From Candidatus Kerfeldbacteria bacterium (GTDB lineage: Bacteria > Patescibacteriota > Patescibacteriia > SBBC01), in the NCBI GenBank assembly GCA_043799405.1, contig JAZDNT010000001.1:25752-89751 (forward strand): a stretch of DNA of 64,000 nt, given 5' to 3'. Both the position numbers and the translations under genes were made by a program. Positions 49,861 to 58,716 of the stretch are shown piece after piece; positions within the stretch are counted from its first letter, which is position 1; every line of letters starts with the position of its first letter. Below the pieces are notes generated by a model that was given only the letters and a program-made list of their open reading frames with translations, was not told the origin of the DNA and searched no databases.

Positions 49861-51246
49861 ATGAAGAAAGCAGAGCTTGCGTTCAGTGCAGTTCTTGTTC
49901 CGCTCGACTACGCTGCGCTGGTTGCGGCGGGATTAGCTGCATACCAGATCCGATTCTCGACGATCAGCGGCTTACGTCCGGTGACCGAGGTGATTCCGTA
50001 CCACCTCTTCCTCAATATCGTCCTGGTCATCGCAGCAATGTGGATTGCGATTTTTGCCATTTCCGGACTGTACACCATTCGCGTTCAACGGCGCGCGATA
50101 GACGAAATTGCCTCGATCTTCCTTGCCTGTTCGACCGGCATTCTCTTGATCATCGTCGGGATATTTTTCCGTCGGGAACTTTTCGCTTCTCGTTTTGTCG
50201 TTCTCGCGAGCTGGGTTCTTGCTTTTGTGTTCGTCGTTGTCGAACGGCTGATCGTGCGCGTCATCCAGCACGCGGTCCTGTCACGCGGGATCGGCGTGCA
50301 TAACCTGGTCATCATCGGTAAGAACGGCGCTGCCGCTGATATCGTAGGATACATCAACACGCACCCCTCGTCAGGCTACAGGATCGTCGAGCGCTTTGAC
50401 GGCGTGGATGACGCGCTGTTCTCATCGCTCGTATCCCGTATGCAGACCGGGAGGATCGATGAGATCATCATGGCATCCCCGGGCGCCTCGAAAGAGGATA
50501 CGCTTCGGGTTCTCGATTTCTGCAACGAGTTCCACCTCATGTTCAGATATGCTGCAGACCTTTTTGATACGCAAGCATCGAACATTGACATCCAAACGCT
50601 CGCGGGAGTGCCCATAATCGAAATAAAACGCACCCGACTGGACGGATGGGGAAAGATACTGAAGCGGACTTTTGACATCATCGGTTCGAGCATACTCTTC
50701 GTGCTCCTTTCTCCCTTCCTCCTTGTCATCGGAATCATCATAAAACTTGACTCTGACGGTCCGATTATAAAATCCCTGGAACGCGTCGGCGAGGGCGGAA
50801 AAAATTTCAAATTATATAAATTCCGGTCCATGGTAAAGCACGCGGAAGCGTTGAAGGATCAGCTCATGGATAAGAACGAGCGCAACGGACCGTTGTTCAA
50901 GATGAAGAATGATCCGCGGATAACCCGTATCGGCCGGTTTCTTCGGAGGACATCGATCGATGAGCTTCCTCAGCTCATCAATGTGCTCAAGGGTGAAATG
51001 AGCCTTGTCGGCCCTCGTCCTCATGAGCCGGGTGAAGTCGCGTGCTATGAAAAGCACCATAAGAAGCTCCTTACCATCAAACCCGGCATCACCGGTATGG
51101 CACAGACGTCGGGAAGATCGAACCTAACGTTCGACGATGAAGCGCGGCTCGATACCTACTACATCGAGAACTGGTCGTTGAAGCTCGACATCCAGATTCT
51201 CTCGAAAACACCCTGGGTGGTACTGTCGATGAGGTCGGCCGTATGA
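49861..51246 (+). CDS. polyprenyl-phosphate sugar-1-phosphate transferase (WbaP/EpsB-type priming enzyme)
   Basis: N-terminal TM bundle; C-terminal KRTFDI..S, KFRSM, DELPQLINVLKGEMSLVGPRP. Confidence 0.9.
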   Translation: MKKAELAFSAVLVPLDYAALVAAGLAAYQIRFSTISGLRPVTEVIPYHLFLNIVLVIAAMWIAIFAISGLYTIRVQRRAIDEIASIFLACSTGILLIIVGIFFRRELFASRFVVLASWVLAFVFVVVERLIVRVIQHAVLSRGIGVHNLVIIGKNGAAADIVGYINTHPSSGYRIVERFDGVDDALFSSLVSRMQTGRIDEIIMASPGASKEDTLRVLDFCNEFHLMFRYAADLFDTQASNIDIQTLAGVPIIEIKRTRLDGWGKILKRTFDIIGSSILFVLLSPFLLVIGIIIKLDSDGPIIKSLERVGEGGKNFKLYKFRSMVKHAEALKDQLMDKNERNGPLFKMKNDPRITRIGRFLRRTSIDELPQLINVLKGEMSLVGPRPHEPGEVACYEKHHKKLLTIKPGITGMAQTSGRSNLTFDDEARLDTYYIENWSLKLDIQILSKTPWVVLSMRSAV

Positions 51247-51323
51247 TCCCGTTAGAGCGTCTATCCGCATCAGTCGTTATGATTTCCGATAAGCATTTAT
51301 TATCTTCTAACGCTCTAACGGGA
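51247..51323. promoter_or_regulatory. perfect 14-bp inverted repeat spanning the intergenic gap
   Basis: TCCCGTTAGAGCGT (51247-51260) pairs with ACGCTCTAACGGGA (51310-51323). The right arm ends in the first base of the next ATG. Confidence 0.6.
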
Positions 51324-52462
51324 TGATCGGACGTCGCAGGCGCATCGCGCTCATTCATGACCACCTCGGCCAGGACGGCGGTGCTGAGAGGGTGCTTGCA
51401 GTACTGCAATCGATGTACCCCGATGCGCCGACCTATACGCTTATCTACGATAAGGCAAGGGCGAACCCCGCCTTTAGGAACAAGGACATCAGAACATCGT
51501 TCCTGCAACGCATGCCGTTCGGGATCGGCCACTACCAGTGGTACCTTTCGTGGATGCCGAACGCCGTTGAACGGTACGAGCTCAATGAGTACGACCTTGT
51601 GATCTCAAGCTCCGCATCGTTCGCGCGAGGCGTCATTACGTTACCGAGGACGCTCCACATCGACTACTGCCACTCTCCGACCCGGTACCTCTGGAGCGAT
51701 ACGCACCGCTACGTCGGGGAACTTCCGTACCCCGGCGTCATGAAAGCATTCATTCCATTCATACTTACCAGGATCCGGCAGTGGGACCGTGTCGCAGCTG
51801 ATAGGGTCGACGTGTTCTTCGCAAATTCACGGAACGTTCAGCAGAGGATAACGAAGTACTACCGCCGGGACAGCATCATCGTCCATCCGCCGGTGAATAC
51901 AGACAGCTTCTCTATTGGTTCTGCGATCGGAACATACTACCTTACCGGCGGGAGACTCGTTGCGTACAAACGCTTTGACCTCACCATTCGTGCGTTCAAC
52001 CGCCTCGGCATACCATTGAAGATTTATGGTGATGGTCCTGAAGAGCAGCGTTTACGGGAGATGGCGCGCTCGAACATCGAATTTCTCGGGAGGGTTACGC
52101 ATGACGAGATGAAGAAGCTCTACCAGTCGTGCATCGCATTCGTCCATCCACAGGAAGAGGATTTCGGCATCACACCGCTCGAAGCGAACGCATCCGGCCG
52201 GCCGGTCATCGCATACGCGGCAGGCGGCGCTCTTGAGACGATCCAGAGCGGCGTAAACGGCGTCTTCTTCAATGAGCAGGAATGGGAATCGCTCGCCGAT
52301 GCCGTTATTCGGTTCAAGCCGGAAGAATTCAAACCCGAAATTGTCCGTGAACAGGCGAAACGATTCGACGTAGAACACTTTAAACAACGGTTCAGTGCAG
52401 AGGTCGAACACGCATGGCGTGCGCATGAAGAGCGCACTGCGGTTCGATCCGAACATAGTTAA
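51323..52462 (+). CDS. GT-B glycosyltransferase (GT4 family)
   Basis: Characteristic C-terminal EDFGITPLEA.A.G.PVIA motif. Confidence 0.85.
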   Translation: MIGRRRRIALIHDHLGQDGGAERVLAVLQSMYPDAPTYTLIYDKARANPAFRNKDIRTSFLQRMPFGIGHYQWYLSWMPNAVERYELNEYDLVISSSASFARGVITLPRTLHIDYCHSPTRYLWSDTHRYVGELPYPGVMKAFIPFILTRIRQWDRVAADRVDVFFANSRNVQQRITKYYRRDSIIVHPPVNTDSFSIGSAIGTYYLTGGRLVAYKRFDLTIRAFNRLGIPLKIYGDGPEEQRLREMARSNIEFLGRVTHDEMKKLYQSCIAFVHPQEEDFGITPLEANASGRPVIAYAAGGALETIQSGVNGVFFNEQEWESLADAVIRFKPEEFKPEIVREQAKRFDVEHFKQRFSAEVEHAWRAHEERTAVRSEHS

Positions 52463-52477
52463 AGGAAAGGGGATTCT

Positions 52478-53101
52478 ATGGAACTTCGCGACTCTATCTC
52501 ACTGTTCAGAAAAAGGAAGGCTCTCGCGATCGCGCTCATTGTCATCGTCATCGGCGGCGCATACGCCTGGTCTTACCTGCGGCCTGTCCATTACTCGACA
52601 TCGATTTCGTTCGCCGTCAACCGCATCAATAAAGAGCAGACGGCAGAGTATCAGTATGACGGATACTACGCGTTGCAGGCGGCCGATCTGTTCTCGCAGA
52701 CGGTCATCAGCTGGCTTCAGACCCCGTCGGTTGTCGTGAGCATCTTCGACCGCGCCGGGATTTATGTAAGCCCCGATTCACTTCGGAGCCTTCCGTCGCG
52801 GTTCAAGGCAAAGAAGTACTCTGCGCAGAACATCGTCGTTACGTACTCAACGCCGACCGAGGAAGAGGGGAAGAAGCTCGCGACAGCGCTCTCGGACGAG
52901 ATCGCATCGCGTTCGTCGACCGTCGACCGTAACGCCGACAATAAGGCGATCTTCGAGGTCGTCCCATCAAAGCCGGTCATCGTACTTGCAAAACCGAATC
53001 CACTGCTCATCGGGATCGGATCGCTCATCGTCGCCGTAACGCTCGCGTTGTTCCTCGTACCGCTCGTAGAGTACCTTTCGGTAGTCCCGCGACAGCCATA
53101 A
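52478..53101 (+). CDS. Wzz-like polysaccharide chain-length/co-polymerase protein (short)
   Basis: TM at each end, periplasmic middle, Wzz N-terminal-like YSTSISF.V. Confidence 0.5.
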   Translation: MELRDSISLFRKRKALAIALIVIVIGGAYAWSYLRPVHYSTSISFAVNRINKEQTAEYQYDGYYALQAADLFSQTVISWLQTPSVVVSIFDRAGIYVSPDSLRSLPSRFKAKKYSAQNIVVTYSTPTEEEGKKLATALSDEIASRSSTVDRNADNKAIFEVVPSKPVIVLAKPNPLLIGIGSLIVAVTLALFLVPLVEYLSVVPRQP

Positions 53102-53104
53102 GGT

Positions 53105-54241
53105 ATGCGGATCGGGATTGACGCACGATTCTTCGGACCGAGTGTCGGAACAGGGATCGGACGCTACTCGCAGCGCCTGATCGAGGAACTTGAGCTCATT
53201 GACCGTACGAACGAGTACGTAGTGTTCTTGCGTGACGAGAACATTGATTTGTACGAACCGAAAAACCCGCGTTTTTCCAAAACGCTCGCACCGTGGCGCT
53301 GGTACTCTATCAGTGAACAGCGACACTTTCCATCACTCGTACGAAAGACAGGCGTCCATTTCATGCACTACCTGCACTTCAACGTTCCGCTCTTCGCCCC
53401 GCGCCCCTTCATCGTCACCATTCATGACCTGATCCTCAGCAAGTATCCGACGGTTCGCGCATCGACCCTCGAGCCCGTACGCTACTTTTTGAAACAGCTC
53501 GCCTACCGTGTCGTCATACGTTCAGCGATCAACCGCGCTGAACGCCTTCTTACGGTCACCGAGCATACGAAGAACGATATCGTCGGGCACTTCGGGTATC
53601 CACGTGATCGCATCGTCGTTACATACGAGGGCTTTGATCAGCCGAATGTCAAGCCGTTGTCCGGTAGTGTGCTGACGCGCTACGGCGTTACCGCGCCTTT
53701 CTTCCTCTGCGTTGGTAATGCGTACCCGCACAAGAACCTCGAGCGCCTCGTTGACGCAATGATTACCTTACGAAAGCGCGGAAGGAAAGAATTGCTCGTG
53801 CTCGTCGGTCGAGACGATTTCTTCTACCGACGGCTTAAGGAGTACGTACGGTCGAAGCAGGCAGATGCATACACTGTCTTTACCGGGTACGTTGACGACG
53901 ACGTTCTCGATGCCTTCTACCGCGAAGCACGCCTCCTCGTGTTCCCATCGAAGTACGAGGGATTCGGTCTTCCGGGTCTTGAAGCGATGGCCCGCGGTAT
54001 CCCTGTCGTAGCAGCGCGCGCGTCGTGCCTGCCGGAAGTATACGGAGACGCAGCAGAATACTTTGATCCTGATCGTACCGATGACATTGCGGATACTGTT
54101 GAACGGGTCGTCAGCGATGGATCTCGGATACAAATCCTCCGTAGCGCAGGCTTACAACGGATCAAACGTTACAGCTGGCTGCGCATGGCGGAACAGACGC
54201 TTGCGGTGTACAATACCGTCGGAGCGAAGAAAAAACGATGA
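53105..54241 (+). CDS. GT-B glycosyltransferase (GT4 family)
   Basis: FPSKYEGFGLPGLEAMA.G.PVV. Confidence 0.85.
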   Translation: MRIGIDARFFGPSVGTGIGRYSQRLIEELELIDRTNEYVVFLRDENIDLYEPKNPRFSKTLAPWRWYSISEQRHFPSLVRKTGVHFMHYLHFNVPLFAPRPFIVTIHDLILSKYPTVRASTLEPVRYFLKQLAYRVVIRSAINRAERLLTVTEHTKNDIVGHFGYPRDRIVVTYEGFDQPNVKPLSGSVLTRYGVTAPFFLCVGNAYPHKNLERLVDAMITLRKRGRKELLVLVGRDDFFYRRLKEYVRSKQADAYTVFTGYVDDDVLDAFYREARLLVFPSKYEGFGLPGLEAMARGIPVVAARASCLPEVYGDAAEYFDPDRTDDIADTVERVVSDGSRIQILRSAGLQRIKRYSWLRMAEQTLAVYNTVGAKKKR

Positions 54242-56427
54242 AACAAGAGGTACAGCACGACAACCGCTTCGATGCGTTACAGGAGGTTCCGCCTCAGAAC
54301 GTTCTCGATCTGCGAAAATCAGTACACGAGGTCGAGGCTCCGGAACCGAGAAGCGTTACCCTTGAACGTTTTTGGAAAGAAAAGAGTAAGCGCATACGTC
54401 AACCATCGCCACCGAGGCGGCAACGACCAGCACTCCAAGACGTATGGGGCGGCTTTACGATGCGTACAAGAGCCGTTGTTCTTAGGATCAGGATCGGGTC
54501 GTTCCCGATCGTTGCGGCTGTACTGCTCATCGTATACGCCGCTATAGCGGGGATCGGCCAGGTCATTTCGACGAAGAATAGGATCATTGATGTTGCAAAA
54601 ACGGGATATGAAGCACTGAAGGTCGCGGGAGCTAAGGCAGAATCGCTCGACCTTGCTTCTGCACGGACTGCGTTCGAGAGCGCTTCGCAGAGTTTTGCGA
54701 CCGCTGAATCTTCTTTTACCGACATCGGTCCGGTACTGCGGTTGGTTCTGTCAGCGGTTCCCGGTACCGGCTCAAAATTGCGGAGCGGGAAATACCTCGT
54801 GACCGCCGCACGTCACCTCGCTGATGCCGGAGCCCGGTTTACGACGCTCGCAGCTCCGCTCACTACGAAAGGCGAGGGATTTTCGAGCGTCGCTGGTTTT
54901 CTTAAAAATATCGATGCGAATCGGCAGACGCTCGATGCGATCGTTACCGAGGTCACCGTTGCTTCTGATGAACTCGCGAATGTCAGATCCCAGGATCTTC
55001 CGGTAGAGTACCGCGAACCCGTAGAAAAAATGCAGTCGGCAATCCCCGGGCTCCGGGTGAGCATTTCTAACCTTGCGGACGGGATGACCGTCATGTCGCA
55101 GATGTTCGGCGTCAATAAGCCCTCCGAGTATCTCTATATATTCCAGAACTCGAACGAACTTCGGGCGACAGGCGGTTTTGCAGGAAGCTTTGCACTCATC
55201 CGCATTGACGGAGGGATCATAAAGCTCCTCGACGCGCCGAGCCGCGGAACGCTTGATGTCGATACTAACCTTACAAATACCGTAACGCCTCCTCGTCCGC
55301 TGCAGGTGATAACGCCGAGCTGGTACTTCCGTGACGCGAACTGGTACCCCGACTTTCCGACATCAGCAGAGCAGTTCATGCGGTTCTACCGGCAGGCGCG
55401 AGGGTTCACACCGGATGGTATCGTCGCATTCACGCCTGCGCTCATTGAACAGATCCTTGCCGTGACCGGTCCGATAGAGCTTCCGGAGTACAGCGTCACG
55501 ATCGACGAGACAAATTTCGTCACGACCGCGCAGGAGCAGATCGAGCAGAAGTACGACCTCCGCACGAACGATCCGAAGCAGTTCATCGTCGATCTTATTC
55601 CTACGCTCGCTGACAGGCTTTCGAAACTCGACGTTACGACCTATCCGGCGCTCCTTGCAACGCTTGCGCGAGCGACCTCGATCGGCGATCTGCAAGTCTA
55701 TAGCTCTGACGATTCGGTACAGGAAAAGATCGTTCAACTCGGCTGGTCAGGAACGATGCCGCAGCCTGACGGTGATTTTTTCGAGCTTGTGAATACGAAT
55801 ATCGGCGGCGGCAAGACCGACGGCGTCATGCGTGACGAAGTGAGCGACCATGTCGTGATCGCGACTGATGGTACGGTCACCGTTGAGGTTACGGTGACTC
55901 GTACGCACAAAGGAACGATCGGCGATCCGTTCATGGGAAACAGGAACCGCACGTACCATCGTTTCTACGTCCCGCGCGGCTCGCGTCTCGTATCAACGAC
56001 AGGATTCACAGAGCTTTCTCGTGACGTCTATCAAACGTTACCAGAAGGTTCTTCGCCGGATGAACTTCTTTCGGATACTGAGGGGCGCGTCATCATTGAC
56101 GAACGTTCCGGGACCCGCATTAACAACGAGTTCGGAAAGACCGTGTTCGGGAACTGGACAGAGCTCGATCCGGGGAATTCCGTAATATTCTCGGTGATCT
56201 ATACGCTTCCGTTCACATTCACCGGTAACCTAGAGCGCTACGACATCACTATCGGCAAACAGGCCGGTAAAACGCGCCAATCCTTCGAACTGAACGTCAC
56301 AGTACCGGATACTACGAAGGTCGTCTGGAATTCCGTTGACGGAAGCAAGAAAAAGACCAGTTCCTTTTCGTACTTCACAGATCTTGCATCATCTCAGAAG
56401 GTGTCTCTCGTTCTGCAGAAGAAGTAA
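54238..56427 (+). CDS. DUF4012-like large extracytoplasmic protein
   Basis: N-terminal TM; YLYIFQNSNELRATGGFAGSFALIRIDGG motif, recalled family resemblance. Confidence 0.7.
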   Translation: MKQEVQHDNRFDALQEVPPQNVLDLRKSVHEVEAPEPRSVTLERFWKEKSKRIRQPSPPRRQRPALQDVWGGFTMRTRAVVLRIRIGSFPIVAAVLLIVYAAIAGIGQVISTKNRIIDVAKTGYEALKVAGAKAESLDLASARTAFESASQSFATAESSFTDIGPVLRLVLSAVPGTGSKLRSGKYLVTAARHLADAGARFTTLAAPLTTKGEGFSSVAGFLKNIDANRQTLDAIVTEVTVASDELANVRSQDLPVEYREPVEKMQSAIPGLRVSISNLADGMTVMSQMFGVNKPSEYLYIFQNSNELRATGGFAGSFALIRIDGGIIKLLDAPSRGTLDVDTNLTNTVTPPRPLQVITPSWYFRDANWYPDFPTSAEQFMRFYRQARGFTPDGIVAFTPALIEQILAVTGPIELPEYSVTIDETNFVTTAQEQIEQKYDLRTNDPKQFIVDLIPTLADRLSKLDVTTYPALLATLARATSIGDLQVYSSDDSVQEKIVQLGWSGTMPQPDGDFFELVNTNIGGGKTDGVMRDEVSDHVVIATDGTVTVEVTVTRTHKGTIGDPFMGNRNRTYHRFYVPRGSRLVSTTGFTELSRDVYQTLPEGSSPDELLSDTEGRVIIDERSGTRINNEFGKTVFGNWTELDPGNSVIFSVIYTLPFTFTGNLERYDITIGKQAGKTRQSFELNVTVPDTTKVVWNSVDGSKKKTSSFSYFTDLASSQKVSLVLQKK

Positions 56428-56466
56428 TAAACACCCATTTTTCTTTGAGTATTTTTGAATAGAGAA

Positions 56467-56500
56467 ATGCCCATTTTTCGGGCATGTGGATAACTTTTTT
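56467..56500 (+). terminator. hairpin ATGCCC-atttttc-GGGCAT followed by a T-rich tract
   Basis: Lies 40 nt after the DUF4012 stop. Confidence 0.45.
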
Positions 56501-56544
56501 GCATTAGTTAGGGTAAAAATCGAAGTCATAGCGCCAATAGGCTA

Positions 56545-56573
56545 TTGACAGGGGAAGATAGGGGGTGTATCTT
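56545..56573 (+). promoter_or_regulatory. sigma70-like promoter (TTGACA-17-TATCTT) pointing into the island
   Basis: Perfect -35 box, 17-nt spacer. Confidence 0.45.
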
Positions 56574-57056
56574 TTCCTGTTCTACTGGGACATCGCGCAC
56601 ATTCAATTCCATTACAACTTGAGGAGAGAGCCCCGCCTACGCTAAAGCTTCGGCGGGTGACCGGATCAGGCCTGAGAAACCTGTTCTACCACAACCATGA
56701 TTTATCCCAAAGATGGGGTGGATCGTGCTTAAGAGCTCTTGCCTCATAAGTACGATCCACCTCGCTTTCGTTTTCGGAAATATGGAGGAGGAGGGCGATC
56801 GGCAGCGGTCATACTGAGCGGTGAAAACTGCAAAGCACGACCAAGCCGTTTCGGTCTGCTGGGCTTCGGCCCAAAAGCGGACATTCCTCACCTCCAGAAT
56901 TCCGGAAATGAGAAGATCGTCCGGAGCGTTCGCGCTGGTATGCGGTATCTATCGTATGTCGCGCGAGCGGTCCGGGAGAAGTTGTTCCGGCTCGTTCTAC
57001 ACCAAGCACACGCTTGGCCCACGTCTCGGGGGATTGAGACACCGCAGGAGCATGAG

Positions 57057-57278
57057 ATGAATTTGTTTTTCTGTCTCATCATCGATCTCGGGTGTCTGGT
57101 GATTCCCGCGTGGTTCAAGCCGATGCGTCGCGAGATCAATCGGCAGATGGATGAGCGCGATGCGTTCGCGCTTGCCGCGAGTCACGCTGTTCGTGATGAC
57201 GTCGAGAGGGCGATGGCAGATGCTCTGCCGACGTTCCGTCATCATCACGATCAGATGGTGGCGCGGTACGGCTTGTAG
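57057..57278 (+). CDS. island ORF A: 73-aa protein with N-terminal TM
   Basis: GGAG sits 6 nt before ATG 57057. The upstream part of the 56739 track ORF looks non-coding. Confidence 0.5.
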   Translation: MNLFFCLIIDLGCLVIPAWFKPMRREINRQMDERDAFALAASHAVRDDVERAMADALPTFRHHHDQMVARYGL

Positions 57279-57473
57279 TTCGTTCAATCCCTGTCCGCAA
57301 GGACAGGTCGGGAGGAAGATGACCGGATAACGGTCACGCTCCACGGGGAATGCCTAGGCACAGAAGTTTCCCCACAGTTCCGAGCCAATTCGATTGTAGC
57401 CCTTCGACTAAGCTCAGGGTCATCCTGAGCGGGGCGCTCAGAATGAGTTGGTTCAGAACTGTAATTTAAAAAC

Positions 57474-57549
57474 AATTGACATTTGACACTTAATATTTGA
57501 CGTTTAACTCTGCCGAATTTCTGTCAAATGTCACAAGTTAAAAGTCAAC
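57474..57549. repeat. second inverted heptad array (TTGAC heptads / GTCAA heptads)
   Basis: aattgac atttgac acttaat atttgac gtttaac, then a 13-nt gap, then tgtcaaa tgtcaca agttaaa agtcaac. 57496-57509 can pair with 57536-57549 (12 of 14). Confidence 0.75.
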
Positions 57550-57609
57550 TGTTCCGCGAAGCGGATAGCTCGTTACAACACGTTCAGGTCATAGGATGGT
57601 GGGAGTTCG

Positions 57610-57912
57610 GTGTGCATGAAAAACATGCGTGACGATGTCCCACCATCTGTTGCTTCCCGTTCCATTCCGCTGAAGGTGATGCGGAATATGGAGATCGTCA
57701 TGAACGAGATTTATACCGCGGCGAAGCTGATTGCTTTTGTAGCAGCGTGCTTCCACATCGGTAACGCATCTATGGTTGTCGGTTGGAAGGACGACAAGTG
57801 GATTGCGATCTGCGTTGGGACGCTGAGTGTCATCGCGTCTGCGCCGATCGCGTTCTACGCGGTCTTCCACTTCGCTCGGGCAATCATCAGTCTGACCATC
57901 TTCGCTAAGTAG
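57610..57912 (+). CDS. island ORF B: ~100-aa 2-TM protein
   Basis: GGTGGGAG upstream; start is GTG 57610 or ATG 57616. Confidence 0.55.
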   Translation: MCMKNMRDDVPPSVASRSIPLKVMRNMEIVMNEIYTAAKLIAFVAACFHIGNASMVVGWKDDKWIAICVGTLSVIASAPIAFYAVFHFARAIISLTIFAK

Positions 57913-58148
57913 GCGATCAACTCTGAATGAGGAGGTCCGCTCATGACCTGGACGTAAGTAGCTTGTTTAAACCGCACCCACAAGGTGCGTCAGGCGGAGA
58001 TGACCGTTCGTACACGGCGCTCCATCGGGGAAGAGCCTGGAACTGAATCTTCCCCTTCGCTCGAGCCCCGAAAGCGTTCGGGATTCAAGCGAGGTAGATC
58101 GTTCCACATCGAAGTTCATCCCAACATCCGACGGAGGAGGGAACACGC

Positions 58149-58439
58149 ATGAAGGGCATCGGAGCTCTGTTGATTGTCCTCGCCGTGATCTATCTGATCG
58201 GGTGGGGCGGTTATAACTGGATCGATGGGAACATGAACCCGTTCGGATCGGTAAGGACGAGCGAATCGTTCCCGTTCCTGCAGGTGATGTTCCTGGGGGT
58301 GATCTGGCTGATCGCTGGCGCGTTCGGGATCATCTACGTCCTTCTGCACGCAGTCGTGCAAAACGATGTAGGGTTCCTCCTCTGGTCCTTTATCGGCGGT
58401 GTCGCGTGCGTGGTTACGGCCATGTTGCGGAACCGCTGA
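58149..58439 (+). CDS. island ORF C: 96-aa 3-TM protein
   Basis: GGAGGAGGG sits 7 nt before the ATG. Confidence 0.6.
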   Translation: MKGIGALLIVLAVIYLIGWGGYNWIDGNMNPFGSVRTSESFPFLQVMFLGVIWLIAGAFGIIYVLLHAVVQNDVGFLLWSFIGGVACVVTAMLRNR

Positions 58440-58716
58440 CGCTAAGCTCGTTCTCGGGATACTCGTAAGAACATCGCGAGATCCCCTGGACCGAGTCGAT
58501 GAACATAGTGTTCACCGATTCAGTCCAGAACGCTCATTACAACTTGAAGGTCAGTATCTCCCCATTGATACCGCAGAAGGTTCGTCACGCACGTGGCGTG
58601 TCTCCTGCGGTATCAATCAGCTTGTTGCCAGTACTCTGCACGGCACGACTACGAACGTGGTCCATGCCTAATACCCATGACGGGTTTTGCAGATACTGCA
58701 ACGAGGAGGAGCTCAG

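Noticed and set aside
49560-50303. ORFs 49560-49742(-) and 49815-50303(+)
   Set aside because: The first lies entirely within the RNase P RNA. The second begins in the RNA 3' end and is out of frame with the well-supported sugar-transferase gene starting at 49861.
56739-57056. N-terminal 106 codons of the 179-aa track ORF
   Set aside because: There is no SD, the composition is odd (GGGR, RFRFRK), and the region overlaps strongly structured RNA-like sequence. Only the distal 73 codons, behind a GGAG, are kept as a gene.
57929-57957. Mini-ORF ATG ACC TGG ACG TAA (MTWT) behind GAGGAGG
   Set aside because: The SD spacing is good and it could be a leader peptide, but four codons cannot be supported from sequence alone.
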